64,000 bases of DNA, taken from assembly GCF_006345805.1 (NCBI RefSeq), contig NC_042999.1:144336001-144400000 (forward strand), read 5' to 3'. Under the pieces are notes generated by a model. That model was not told the origin of the DNA. It worked only from the letters and a program-made list of their open reading frames with translations, and did not search any database. Shown piece by piece: positions 40,719 through 53,454 of the stretch; position 1 is the first letter of the stretch, and each line of letters begins with the position of its first letter. This DNA comes from Octopus sinensis (lineage: Eukaryota). The position numbers were made by a program, and so were the translations under genes.

Positions 40719-40946
40719 TTAACCTTTTCGTTACTGTATTTATTTTGAGATGCTCTGTGTTTCTTTCAATTACTTTAAATATAACAAAGAATTTAGCAAA
40801 ATAACTTAGTTATCATTCAGCTAGTGTTAAGAACATAAATTGTGACTAAGGTTTGGTGGAAGATTTTAATTCAAAACTTATGAAAATAAGACATTTGAAC
40901 TTGGAGCCAGAGCCGGTTTCGGCCGGGTTGGTAACAAAAGGGTTAA
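40719..40946. mobile_element. piggyBac-like MITE (220 bp)
   Basis: TTAA|ccttttcgttac ... gtaacaaaaggg|TTAA: TTAA target duplication and 12-bp imperfect TIRs starting with CC. Confidence 0.75.
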
Positions 40947-42419
40947 ATAGAAGACACACTGAAACCTGTATTTGCAGATGGAGTTAGATTTTGTAAGATT
41001 CAGGTAGTTATATAAGTGGAAATAGCCAATCCTAAATTTATCATATATAAACATTAAGTTTAGATAGACAGTCCTTTCTTTTTCCTTCCCTTCTATTATT
41101 AATATATAATATCCATCAATTTACATTGTCATGCTATATGAATAATGACCTTTTTTTTTCTTTTTGAATGAAAATGAAAATAACCAATTCTATATTTATC
41201 AATGACAACAGAAAGAAACTCTTTCTAGCATCACTGGAGGTTATAAATTTCATAACAACATTTCTGTTATCAGCTCCTATGAAGTAAACTAAAATTGAGA
41301 CATTTTGCTTTAGATCTTGTCATGATCAATTTAGCTGTCCTTGTGCCAATCTACCGAGACCATTAATTGATGCAAAGTTAAAAATGATTTTTATAAAGAG
41401 CAGTTAAGTTTTTCTTTTATTTTTCTCTAGGAAGAAGACAAAAGGGAAAACAAGTGTAGAATTGAACCAAGTATATTGCTGGTATTTATATTGATAGTGA
41501 AATAAAAGGATCAAGTCAATTGTGGCATTATTTAAATGCAAAATTTTAGGGTACCACACTTAAGCCAACAATATATTTTATTTGGAGCTCTACTACATGT
41601 GCCAAATTCCACAAACCTAGATATATGAATAATATCTGAAATTTACTATTTTTTCAAATGTTTTAGTGCAATGTAGCATGAAATCAATGAATCCAAAGCT
41701 TTCTTTGAAATAGCTATAAAAAAATTAATCATAAACTTTCCTATATATATATATACATATATCATTTTCAATCTATCAGAATAAATGATACTGATGTAGA
41801 AGCATACAGCTAAGCTTTATGGACAAGAAGTATAATGTTTACTGAATTGACTATTGTACTATTTATAAGTTGTACATACATCACCCTGGATCCGGCCCAC
41901 ATATTCTATCTGTTTTATGTTCTGACTGGATCAGGCCTTTTACACCTACCCCACAATGTCATTCTAAAGCTAAATAATCACATCATAAAAATCTTGAAGT
42001 TAAAAGATAATGCAAGATCAATCCAAAGTAATGTGAATGAATAAGGATTACATTTAATAGAGTAATCTGAATGCTAAATGGTTAGTGCAAGATAGCTAAG
42101 ATACTTGAAGAACCAAGAAACCTGAGTGAATTAAAATCAGAAATGATTATTTTTGTTGTTGTTGTTTAGCCCATGTGAACCCTGATCATGTACCCTATAG
42201 CAAACACATAGAATCCCTTGTTGGCTCATGAAAGGTAGGGCTGTAAGAATGATGTCAATTGCATAAAAAGTATAACAGTGGAAGGATACGTCTTGAAGCC
42301 ATACTAAACTTTTCAAAACTGAATGAATTCAGGTGATATAGAAAAAATAGCAAGGAAATGTTTATATAAATGTAAATGAAACACTACACAGACATGTGAC
42401 TACAGAAATGGACAAAAGA

Positions 42420-42655
42420 GGCAGTGAGGTAGCAGAAACGTTAGCAGGCCAGTCGAAATGTTTAGCGGTATTTCGTCTGTCTTTATATTCTGAGTTCAAA
42501 TTCCGCCAAGGTCGACTTTGCCTTTCATCCTTTCGGGGTCAATAAATTAAGTACCAGTTACGCACTGGGGTCGATGTAATCAACTTAATCCCTTTGTCTG
42601 TCCTTGTTTGTCCCCTCTATGTTTAGCTCCTTGTGGGCAATAAAGAAATAAGAAA
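42420..42655 (+). mobile_element. tRNA-derived SINE, relatively young
   Basis: B-box gagttcaaattcc; central ggtcgactttgcctttcatcctttcggggtcaataaa..gtaccag domain of the type shared by widespread metazoan SINE superfamilies; CpGs retained. Confidence 0.8.
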
Positions 42656-43082
42656 TGGACAAAAGAAAATAAATTAAGAGGCAATATCAATGTGACAGTT
42701 AAGAAAGCTATAAAATAATCTAGTCATGTGAGACTTATTGGTTTCTCACTTAAGCACAAGGTTAATCTTTGCAGGAAGGTGAATATACTAGTGTTTACCT
42801 TAGTAATGCAACAGAGAAGGAAAAGTTTCAGTCAGATTTTTTTTTACATAGAACCTAAACAAATGAAATTAGACACCATAATACATTCAATCTAACATTC
42901 TACTGTCTTAGCTGTCTTCACCTTTATAGCTGGGACTAAATAATTAATCTCTTACAAATAGTTCTTTATTTACTTCCAGCAACCTAAGAAAGATTTTGCA
43001 TACCAAACCTGATGACAGTATCTTGCATGCTTAAGATACATTATCTCCACTTTGACAGGATGATTTTTGGTATTTCTTTTAA

Positions 43083-43096
43083 AAATAATAATAATA

Positions 43097-43132
<36 letters not shown>
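43083..43132. repeat. (AAT)n microsatellite (SINE tail)
   Basis: Direct read. Confidence 0.95.
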
Positions 43133-43133
<1 letters not shown>

Positions 43134-43545
43134 CCTTTTGACAATAGGCACGAGGCCTGAAATTTTGGAGGGTGAGGGGACCAGTCATTTTCACTGAACT
43201 CAAAAAGATAAAAGGCAAAATTGACCTTGCCAGCATTTGAACTCACAACATAAGGCTGGAAAAAATGCTAAGCATTTTGTTCAACATGTTAACTATTCTG
43301 TCAGTTTGCTGCCTTAACAAGAACAACAATACACCTCTCTACTATAGGCACAAGGCTTGAATTTTGTGGAGAGGAATCTAGTTGATTACATCAACCCCAA
43401 TGTTCAACTGACACTTATTTTATCAACCCTGAAAGCTGACAGGCAAAATGAACCTCAGCAGACATGAACTTACAATGTAAAGACAAACAAAATACCACTA
43501 AATACCACTGTGTGCTAATGATTCTACCATATCACCACCTTAATA
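43133..43545 (-). mobile_element. Two tandem diverged SINE copies (42420 family)
   Basis: Two successive reverse-complement copies starting with acaataggcacgaggcc (43141) and ctataggcacaaggc (43342), each with aaaggcaaaattgacc/gaactc motifs. Confidence 0.75.
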
Positions 43546-44164
43546 ATAACCACAACATTTCAGATACTCAAAAATCACCATGCAGACATTTTTGTCACCT
43601 GCAACTAGTAAATGCTTTTACTAGAAATTTGTAGTTTAGAGCTGACAGAAAGTAATAAAAACATGGCATACTAATAATAAAATAAAAACCAAAGATTATT
43701 ACACACTGATGATGATGAACAAATAAATTTATTCCTAATATTAATAAAATCTATAAATAAGGCTATGTTTGTTTTTGTGCATATATGCACACATGTGTGA
43801 GTATTATATACGCACACACATAAACACATGCATATAAATAAATATTCCAAGTATAGATTATGTGCATGTTCATGTTATATTCATAAAATGAATAGAAAAT
43901 AGTCCATGCAATAACCAGTATGATATACAATACACAAAAAGAAAAGAAATGAACTCTGTGTTATCTTAGTCATGCAGATTGTAACCTGATGTAATAAAAT
44001 ACAGTTCAGTCTGGATGGTTGTTTTTCTAGATAAAAAGGTACAAAAAGTTGAAGTAACAGAGCAAAATCACTATGTAACTTGTGTCAAAGTTGTTCAACA
44101 CAAGATGACTAACAATAATGCCTTCAAGGTCATGCTATACATACACACACACACACACACACAT

Positions 44165-44372
44165 ATATCAGACGCCATGATAGATTGTTAGCTACTACAC
44201 ACAATTTTTTTTCTCTCCTTGTTTTTTTCTGTGTATCTTTCTGTAGAAGAGCGTAGGCTCGAAACATAAAAGACTTTTTCTATTCCTGAGCGCTATACTA
44301 ATACATCTGTTTGTTTGTACACCACCTGCCTTCGTCTTTTGTTTATTTTCGTAAACTTTCCCTTTATATATC
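44165..44372 (+). mobile_element. Penelope-like pseudo-LTR fragment carrying a hammerhead motif
   Basis: About 200 bp pyrimidine-rich, CpG-containing block between CA/TA tracts that contains a minimal type-I hammerhead. The assignment to PLE is inferred from the ribozyme type. Confidence 0.55.
44236..44273 (+). ncRNA. Minimal type-I hammerhead ribozyme motif (core-mutated copy)
   Basis: tcttt [stem I] CTGTAGA A GAGC-gtag-GCTC [stem II] GAA ACAT [stem III, canonical ACGT] A aaaga [stem I']. There are two deviations from consensus. Confidence 0.65.
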
Positions 44373-44417
44373 CAGGTTCGATGATTATGTGAATAAGGGG
44401 TTCAACGTCAGTGTGTG

Positions 44418-44566
44418 TATATAAAAATTTTTTTTGTAATGAGATAAAAAACCAAGGCTGTGTAGATTTTAGAACATTTATAGATAGATAGATATCTATC
44501 TATAAATGTTCTAAAATCTACACAGCCTTGGGTTTTTTATTTCATTACAAAAAATTTTTTTATATA
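44418..44566. repeat. Near-perfect snap-back palindrome (about 72 bp arms) centred on GATA/TATC
   Basis: ccaaggctgtgtagattttagaacatttatagatagata-ga-tatctatctataaatgttctaaaatctacacagccttgg is exact; the outer arms differ slightly. Confidence 0.97.
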
Positions 44567-45883
44567 TGATAAAAGTGGTTAGTTTCAATGATAAACTTTC
44601 AGAGGTTCAATCAACTGAACTACCAACTTGTTAAATGAATGTCTAAGTGGCTGAATATACAATAGGCATGTGTGCTCTTAGCATAATTCTCAAGTCAAAT
44701 CTGCATGTTACAGTGTGATAATGCTAAACCTTTACAAAACATAAACAATCCAGCCAATGATCTTCTGACAGTTTCTGTTCACTCAACTTCACTCACAAGA
44801 CCTGAGTCAACCTACACAGGGGAATATTGGTTTATAAATTTAATCTGTTCCTGAAGGCTGTTAGTCACCCAAAATGTTCATAAACTGAAACTATTTTTCC
44901 CATAGGAAATTCAAGAGAAAGCACGGTGAATTCAAGTAAGGATGTTTCCTGAGCAAAAGCTGAACAACTGACACTCTCCCGTTCTTGCCAGCTGTTGTTG
45001 CTAACTTGTATGTTCGCTACTCAAGACATTGTTCATCACCCATTGTTTGTGATGAGAGGCATTCATAAACCAAGGCTCCACTGTGTGTGTGTGTGTGTGT
45101 GTGTGTATAAATGTGTGTTTTTTCAGTGTTTACAGATAACACGGAAAAAATAAATCAATAGTTAGCAGGGTAGCAAAAATTCACACAAGTACCAAGGATA
45201 TAACAGCCTACATATAAAGGTAGAAACTCCAAGTTTAAGTGAAATGTTTTTGGATGATATAGATAGATAAATAAATGGAGTTAAACACAGGAGTTATTTA
45301 AATCTTTTTACTTCCGACATATGTTTCAAAGAAAACATTGGTATCATTCCAGAAGGAATAAAATGGTGTAAAACAATGCAATCTTCTCATCGGGGAAAGA
45401 AAAAAAACCAAACCCATCAATAGGACATTTTAACAGAACATGATGACTGCATATATGATGAATGGAATGCTAGCAAGTTTTTTTTTTAAAACCCATTAGT
45501 AGATACATCAAGGTAGTTTATAGAAAGAGAAGAAGGAGAAAGAAAGAAATTAGCAGAAAACTAATAGTGGAGAGATATAGAGTGATAGGTGAATTAGAAT
45601 AAAACTTAAAGATATGGAAGTAGATATATTTAGTGGAAGTGAAATGTAAGAAGACAGTCAACAGTTGAATTTTATAGAATGGTAAAAATCACTTATAGGA
45701 ACTAAAGGTATGTTTCTGCCAAAGTTTGCAACAATAAACGCACTCTATAAACTTGTTTACAAAAGGATCCTCTGAGAACACAATAAAGTACACATCACTG
45801 TTACAAAGCAGACAAAAAGATTTACCTTTATCATATGGAAAAGGTACAGCGAGAATATTCCAAATCGTGTGTGTGTATGTAAA

Positions 45884-46284
45884 TCTATATATATAAAAGT
45901 GAGGTTGTGTGGTGTCTGTCTCCTACGATTTAGATTCCTAACTACTCCCACATTTTGCGGTGCAGTTTAACCAAAAGCGGATATCTTATAGTCGTGATTC
46001 ATATCGAGCCCTTCTGGGTATTAGCGCGCGTCTACGATGAGTCTACAATTTTTAAAAAAATTTACCATCATTTTTTTCCCATTTTTGGGGGAATTTTTTT
46101 TGCTATTATATAAGGGAAGTAACTCTCTAAAAATGTATTATTAAATCTCAGAACGTAAAAAGCTACAGTAACACCCCCCTTTGTGGTTAGCCATATTGAG
46201 ATGGCTATTATACTTTACGTCTCTAAAAATGCTTATATAGTTATTTCCCTTACAAACCCGAGCAACGCTGGGCGATACTGCTAG
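45884..46284 (+). mobile_element. Non-autonomous Helitron (copy 1)
   Basis: A|TCtatatatataaaa 5' end; 3' hairpin cccgagc-aac-gctggg (46257-46272), then CTAG|T; inserted at an AT site. Confidence 0.85.
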
Positions 46285-47420
46285 TAAAGTATAAAGAAAG
46301 GGAAAAAATATAAGCATAGACATAACTTTAATACAAAGTTGATACAAGTCCAATAAAGATTCTACAAGTTGTTTCCAAGCCTAATTAATTCAAAACAAAA
46401 ATATTCCTTTTGAAATCACAAATTCGGCTTTCCTTCAGGAATTCATTATTGGAATGAATGGGTTCAACCAACAAAAATATAAAGACATTTACAATAGCCC
46501 TGAAAGGAGCAAACAATTAGATTATGAGAGAAAGAAATTAACCAAATGCCAGACCAATCAGAACCAGCAGACTTGGATGTTTAACATCCCTTTGAAGAAT
46601 TTAGATCCTTACTTCTTTTATATGTGTGTGTGTGTGTGTGTGTATAAATGTGTGTTTTTTCAGTGTTTACAGATAACACGGAAAAAATAAATCAATAGTT
46701 AGCAGGGTAGCAAAAATTCACACAAGTACCAAGGATATAACAGCCTACATATAAAGGTAGAAACTCCAAGTTTAAGTGAAATGTTTTTGGATGATATAGA
46801 TAGATAAATAAATGGAGTTAAACACAGGAGTTATTTAAATCTTTTTACTTCCGACATATGTTTCAAAGAAAACATTGGTATCATTCCAGAAGGAATAAAA
46901 TGGTGTAAAACAATGCAATCTTCTCATCGGGGAAAGAAAAAAAACCAAACCCATCAATAGGACATTTTAACAGAACATGATGACTGCATATATGATGAAT
47001 GGAATGCTAGCAAGTTTTTTTTTTAAAACCCATTAGTAGATACATCAAGGTAGTTTATAGAAAGAGAAGAAGGAGAAAGAAAGAAATTAGCAGAAAACTA
47101 ATAGTGGAGAGATATAGAGTGATAGGTGAATTAGAATAAAACTTAAAGATATGGAAGTAGATATATTTAGTGGAAGTGAAATGTAAGAAGACAGTCAACA
47201 GTTGAATTTTATAGAATGGTAAAAATCACTTATAGGAACTAAAGGTATGTTTCTGCCAAAGTTTGCAACAATAAACGCACTCTATAAACTTGTTTACAAA
47301 AGGATCCTCTGAGAACACAATAAAGTACACATCACTGTTACAAAGCAGACAAAAAGATTTACCTTTATCATATGGAAAAGGTACAGCGAGAATATTCCAA
47401 ATCGTGTGTGTGTATGTAAA

Positions 47421-47820
47421 TCTATATATATAAAAGTGAGGTTGTGTGGTGTCTGTCTCCTACGATTTAGATTCCTAACTACTCCCACATTTTGCGGTGC
47501 AGTTTAACCAAAAGCGGATATCTTATAGTCGTGATTCATATCGAGCCCTTCTGGGTATTAGCGCGCGTCTACGATGAGTCTACAATTTAAAAAAAATTTA
47601 CCATCATTTTTTTCCCATTTTTGGGGGAATTTTTTTTGCTATTATATAAGGGAAGTAACTCTCTAAAAATGTATTATTAAATCTCAGAACGTAAAAAGCT
47701 ACAGTAACACCCCCCTTTGTGGTTAGCCATATTGAGATGGCTATTATACTTTACGTCTCTAAAAATGCTTATATAGTTATTTCCCTTACAAACCCGAGCA
47801 ACGCTGGGCGATACTGCTAG
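47421..47820 (+). mobile_element. Non-autonomous Helitron (copy 2, created by the tandem duplication)
   Basis: Same termini and identical flanks as 45884-46284. Confidence 0.85.
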
Positions 47821-48154
47821 TAAAGTATAAAGAAAGGGAAAAAATATAAGCATAGACATAACTTTAATACAAAGTTGATACAAGTCCAATAAAGATTCTA
47901 CAAGTTGTTTCCAAGCCTAATTAATTCAAAACAAAAATATTCCTTTTGAAATCACAAATTCGGCTTTCCTTCAGGAATTCATTATTGGAATGAATGGGTT
48001 CAACCAACAAAAATATAAAGACATTTACAATAGCCCTGAAAGGAGCAAACAATTAGATTATGAGAGAAAGAAATTAACCAAATGCCAGACCAATCAGAAC
48101 CAGCAGACTTGGATGTTTAACATCCCTTTGAAGAATTTAGATCCTTACTTCTTT

Positions 48155-48189
<35 letters not shown>

Positions 48190-48216
48190 ACACACACACA
48201 CACATCTACATAAATA

Positions 48217-49478
48217 CACAGTGTGGACAGTATTCATTCACAATTTTCAATTGCTAATTTTATGCATGTTTCTCTTTTTTTCACTTTTGTTGATCATCTT
48301 TTCCTTCTTAAAAACAATAACCATTTTTGCTTTATTTTTTGGCAGAATAATTGACTATGGAAAATTTGGAACCCCACAATTTGTGGAAGAAGTATGGCAT
48401 CCTCCTTGGAATCTGCACCAGAAAGACAAACAAGAAAATTTCAGACTTCTTCAACATCAGCAAAAGGAAGGTAGGAAAGGTCAGAAAAGAGCTGGAAGAT
48501 TCAGTATTCAACTACTAGGTGACATGAGAGAGATGGAAACCCATGATCAACAATCAGAATGCCACAGTTCAATGAAATCATCAACGATTGTCCCAGCAAG
48601 TTAATGTATACCATTGCAAGGGAGGAGCTCATCATGCTGGTGGTGCATGAGGACATTCACTATTTTTCAGACCAAGACAATGCAGGAAAATTAACTCAAA
48701 TATACCAAGGAGCTGATCAACAAATTGAAACACCCACTGAAGCCACACATGCTGTGGTTCTTCTCAGATGAGAAGAATTTCTACCAAAACCAGAAGACCA
48801 ACTCCCAGAACAACAGGTGGCTCGCTTTCACACCCAAGAACCTGTTCAGAATCATAATGACGAAATTTCCAACAACAGTCATGGTCTTCAGTGTAGTCAG
48901 CAGTGAAGGTGACTCATACCACTCACTTCTTCCCTGGGAGCCTCAGGCTGAACACTGAACATATATATTGTGAGTGAGGTGGTGAAGCCCTGGATTAACC
49001 AGGTAGCTGCAAGGATGTCATACATGTGGCAGCAACACTGCACCCTACCACACCAGCTGGAAGGAAAAGTCCGAAAAGAACTGGAAGATTCAGGATTCAA
49101 CTACTGCCTGGCTTCAATCACACCACCTAACATATGGCCTCCCAACTCACTTGACTGCAACCACCTTGACTTTTTTGTGTGTGGCACAGTAGAATGAAAG
49201 ACCAACAAATTCAGCTGCATCACGAAGGACAAACCGAGGGCCAAGATTAGCAGGCCTTCAGGAACTTAAAATAGGAGATAGCAACAAAAACCTGTGGCCA
49301 GTTTTGAAGCCATCTGGAGGCTGTCATTGATTCAAAGGTGAGTTCATCAAGTGAGATTGGTAGAACATATTAAGAAGACAAACTGACCCAAATTCAACGA
49401 ATATATCTCAGAAAATATAATCAGTTTTATTCTTTCCTAAGACAGTCATCATGAGGAATGAATATCGTCCACACCCTG
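48217..49478 (+). mobile_element. DD37D/maT-like transposon, near full length, degenerate
   Basis: TIRs ca(ca/gg)gtgtggac(ag/ga)tattcattc at both ends; remnants FFSDEKNF..NSQNNRWLA, VMVFSVVSSEGD, VVKPWI, WQQH, IWPPNSLDCNHLDFFVCG. Confidence 0.88.
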
Positions 49479-50184
49479 TGCATGCACACACACACACAAA
49501 ACATTGTTTACACACACATACTAAAAACATTTGTAGACCACAGAATATTTTTTTAACATTTCAATCCAATGCAATTGTTTTCTTTAATTTGGTCTTGGAG
49601 GGAGGGTAGGACATGATCGGCATATTTCTAAGGAGGTGGAAGAGAAGTTTATGAGAGCTGTTTAAAGTTTTTTGGCATTTTGTTTTTTAAAGTCACAAAT
49701 ACAAAGTGAAACACAGTGATGAACATGGAAGGTTGGACAAAAAAATTGTTCCACACCAGGACATGAAATTTTAAAAAATGGAGGAGCAATGGATTAATGG
49801 AGAAATTGTATTAGAGTATTTCTCATCCACTCGACACCCTGCAATCTCACTCCAACAAACGAGTGAGCCATTTGACCACTATTCCTAACATGAACAGTTA
49901 AAAATAGTGGTCAAATCCCCATTAAATTATACCCTACAGGCTTAAAAAAATACACTTGATAATGTTGTCCAAGATACACTGTCTCAATAAAAGATGGCTT
50001 AATAAAGGTCACGCCTGTTCAATCATGGCTGACCCCGTCTTCAAAAGGACATCCAATCATTTAATGTATTAAATTTAAATCATATGGCTGCTACCAATAC
50101 TTGAAAGAAAATATCTTAAATTAGGATTATCCTTGACCTTTACTCTGGTGGTTGTCTATGCCGTATACAAACTCTTGAGCAGGA

Positions 50185-50372
50185 CTTGCCAACGGATGCT
50201 AGGCAAAATGCTTGGCAGCACTTCATCTTTATGTTCTAAGTTCAAATACCAACAAGGCTGACTTTTGTCTTTCATCCTTTTGGGATCAATAAAATAAGTA
50301 CTTGTTGAGAACTGGGGTCGATGTAATCAACTTACTTCCACCTTCAAACTTTCTGGACTCGTGCCAAAATTT
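50185..50372 (+). mobile_element. tRNA-derived SINE (42420 family, diverged)
   Basis: aagttcaaatacc..gctgacttttgtctttcatcctttgggatcaataaaataagtac..ctggggtcgatgtaatcaactta. Confidence 0.75.
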
Positions 50373-53300
50373 GAAACCAATACAAAATACATTCTGTGAA
50401 ACATGGTAACTTATTAAATGTTGCAAACAAAATCTGAATGAAAAAAATAAGAGGGATTTGTTTTTTAAAGGTTAAAAAAAATATCTTCCGTAGAAAGAGA
50501 AACATTATTTTAATGGAATTTTTAAAACTGGAAACATAAGTTTTCAACTTTCAAGTGATTTTTTTTTTTCTCTCTCTCTCTCGTTTCAACTCAGAGCTAT
50601 AGCCATGCTGATGCACTGCCATTTTGCTACACTGTTATTACTAAGAGCCTCCTCTAACATGTGGTACTTAGTGAAGCATGGAGTTTGATATAGCTATCCT
50701 CATTTGCACCTCTTGCCGTGAGGTTCATCTGGGACTCTCAACAGGAAGAAATCCAGCTTTGATTTAAAAACCGCTACATCTACTTTATGCAAGTTCCTCA
50801 GACTCTTTGGGAGAATATTAAAAAGCTGTGGACCCTTGAAACCCAGGCAGTTTCAGTAACTGATCCTGAAGCATGATGGCATTGCTAAATTTACATCTCA
50901 CCGTAACTAATCCACTTCACACTTTCAATGGCTGTTGATCTCCTGCTTCCTGTGTCAGTACCGATCAAACAGATTAGGTAAGGGTGGGGCAAAATGGGTA
51001 ACCAAAGTAAATTAGGTAATTATTGATTTGTCATTTCTTTCCTACCTGCTTTCAACCATTATATTGCAAGTATTACGTCATCTTTGGAAGTAAAAGTTGG
51101 TCAGCATTGTTGTTGTTGTTGGAGTTGAGAGCATTTGAAATATAGGTATCTGATACAATTTGTCTTTTTTTGTCAAGAAATTTTTCCTCAACTTTGACCT
51201 GATCCTAATTGAAGTTGCTAATAAAATATCTGGATAATTTTTAGTGTCTAACAATCAATATTCTTTTCTCTGTTGAATTTCAAGTCAATTTTTTCCCACA
51301 GTATTGTCTAATTTGATAGTTTTCAATTTTCAAAAGATGTCTAACGTGGGGCAAAATGATAAATGACTGATTAAATTTCACTTTAATTGCATGGTGCATA
51401 ACTATATCAGGAAAAGAGCCATGCCAGCTGATCATGAAGAAGCTACAGAGAATATTTTATGGTGAGTTTTTAGATTTAGTTACATTTCATTAATTTCATA
51501 TTATGTGCCCTTTTCCACAATCCTCTTTCATTTGACCTAGATATTTTGAATTTTTGTTGCATTTCTGATCTTTCTGATGTCTAAGGATGGATATTGATGT
51601 GCATGAGTATTTTTACAAGTGTAATTCTGGGGAATTAAAAAAGTAAATTTACCTTATCTTGTCTTACTCATTTTTTGCTCCATCTAAATTCATCTTTTAT
51701 ATGCTCAAAGAGAGTGCAGATAATTTTCCAAAACAGTGTTTTGAATGTTATAGTGTTTTTAATGCAATTAAGGGTCATTTGCTTCGCTGATAAAGATTTT
51801 GTAAGGTAGTAAACATTTGTAAAAAAAATAATTTTTTTCTCAAAGTCAAAAATGCATGTCCATTAGCAGCAAAACATTTGACAACTATCTGGGTGTAGGG
51901 TGAGGGAGACAAGACAAATTTCCTAAGTTCAAAACCTGTCTTTGAATGGATTATCAGAAAGTAATTCTAAGGTAAGTTGGTTGTTGTTTCTAGAAGATAA
52001 GACAACCACAAAGAAGATCCCAATAGTAGTAGTCAACTAAGCACCCACAAGTCATCAAAATATTTCATTAATTCAAAACTTAACTTCTAGCTCCTTTCAA
52101 TATTAAGTTAGCTGAAAAGCCACATGAATTCTTATAGACAGCACCACCATACACAGTTTCAATTTTTCATTCATTCGAGTACAAAGAAATTCTGTTAAAC
52201 AGAAATTTTATTTTGATGAGACATGTCTAACTTTTATAGAAGTTCATAAATTTATATATGCATATCTTGAAAAGGTAGTCATTCATCTCTTCATTTTTCA
52301 GTTGTTATTTAGTCCCAAGTCAACTCTCATCAAACAGACCTCAAAGATATATCAGGTATGACCTTCCTATCATTTTTTCAGACATATCATCTAATGTGTC
52401 CTAAAAAAACAAAAAGTCTGTAGGGAAATATGGTAGCTATTTTGAGAAATCTGAATAACCATGCAGAGACTCCCAGTCGGACAGTCATTTTCCAGTAATT
52501 TTTGTTGGCATAAAACCAAAATTCACTCATTTAAAACTTTACAAAAATGTTTTCAACCTAAATAAGAAATAAAGCATTAACACTTTCTTTCCCCACTTAC
52601 TGATGACTGAACTTGAAGCACAAAGCTATGAATTTTGAGAGTAGAGTATTGTCTATTATATTGATCCTGGTACTTAACTAGTACCTAGTAAAATTGGCCC
52701 TGATGACACAAAAACTGTGACTATAATCTGTCACCCGGTTTATTACTAATGTCTGGTCCTTGGGTGCCTTGAGCAGAGTTCACTCTGTTGCAGGCATTAA
52801 TATCAGAGAATAACCTCCTCGTGTTAGTCTCTGATATCACAAAAATTTGCAGGAGCTGCTGGCCTTCCTCATCTACGGAAAATCAGCAGACACTAGAATT
52901 CAGCAACCAGCTGAAATGCTTGAGTGTACAATATAAGAATAATTCAATATAATAAATAATTCAAAAGTGAGATAAATTTCGTCTGTGGTGCAAAAACCTC
53001 CACTTTAATTCTTAAAATTTAGTCTGGAGAGAATGGTGTTGTGTAAGTGATGCGGCTATTGCTCAGCCTAATCATCTAGAGCAAAAATATACTCTATTTT
53101 GTTTTGTGAAGTCTCGAAAATTTATAGATTTCATTGCCAGTAACAAAGTGAAGCAAAACAAATTAATCTATACGTTACTATAAAGAAGAAAATATCATAG
53201 CGGTGGTGTAAACTTTAATATGTTGACATTAATAAACAACAATTGATGTCCTTTCTTCTTTTTCTCTTCTAAACAACTCACTGACAGCAACAGCAAATAA

Positions 53301-53454
53301 AGAAAAAGAAACAGATTTATTAGTCAGCTGCCAAAACAAGGAAAAGCTCTTAAGTCATTCCTGCCGATTGACTAACTCAAGAGATTCCATCTCACACCCA
53401 ACTGTAGGTGTTAAACACGTGTGTATATATAATATTACGCACACATGCATACAC

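Larger units (their letters stand above)
45082..48187. repeat. Tandem duplication of a 1536-1537 bp unit bounded by (TG)n tracts
   Basis: Identical ORFs in the track are offset by 1537/1536 nt (45757/47294, 46141/47677, 46454/47990); (TG)n lies at 45082, 46623 and 48158. Confidence 0.97.

Noticed and set aside
47990-48604. 204-aa plus-strand ORF
   Set aside because: Chimeric read-through across the duplicated unit, a TG/CA microsatellite and the start of a transposon.
49870-49916. 14-bp perfect inverted repeat with a 19-nt spacer
   Set aside because: It appears to lie within a common dispersed repeat and is short enough to be unremarkable.
50960-51450. ggggcaaaatg motifs suggesting a pogo-like transposon end
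   Set aside because: No matching opposite TIR or transposase remnant could be identified.
52690-52870. About 50 open codons on the minus strand after ttttccgtag
   Set aside because: No similarity to NAK or other domains and no convincing donor.
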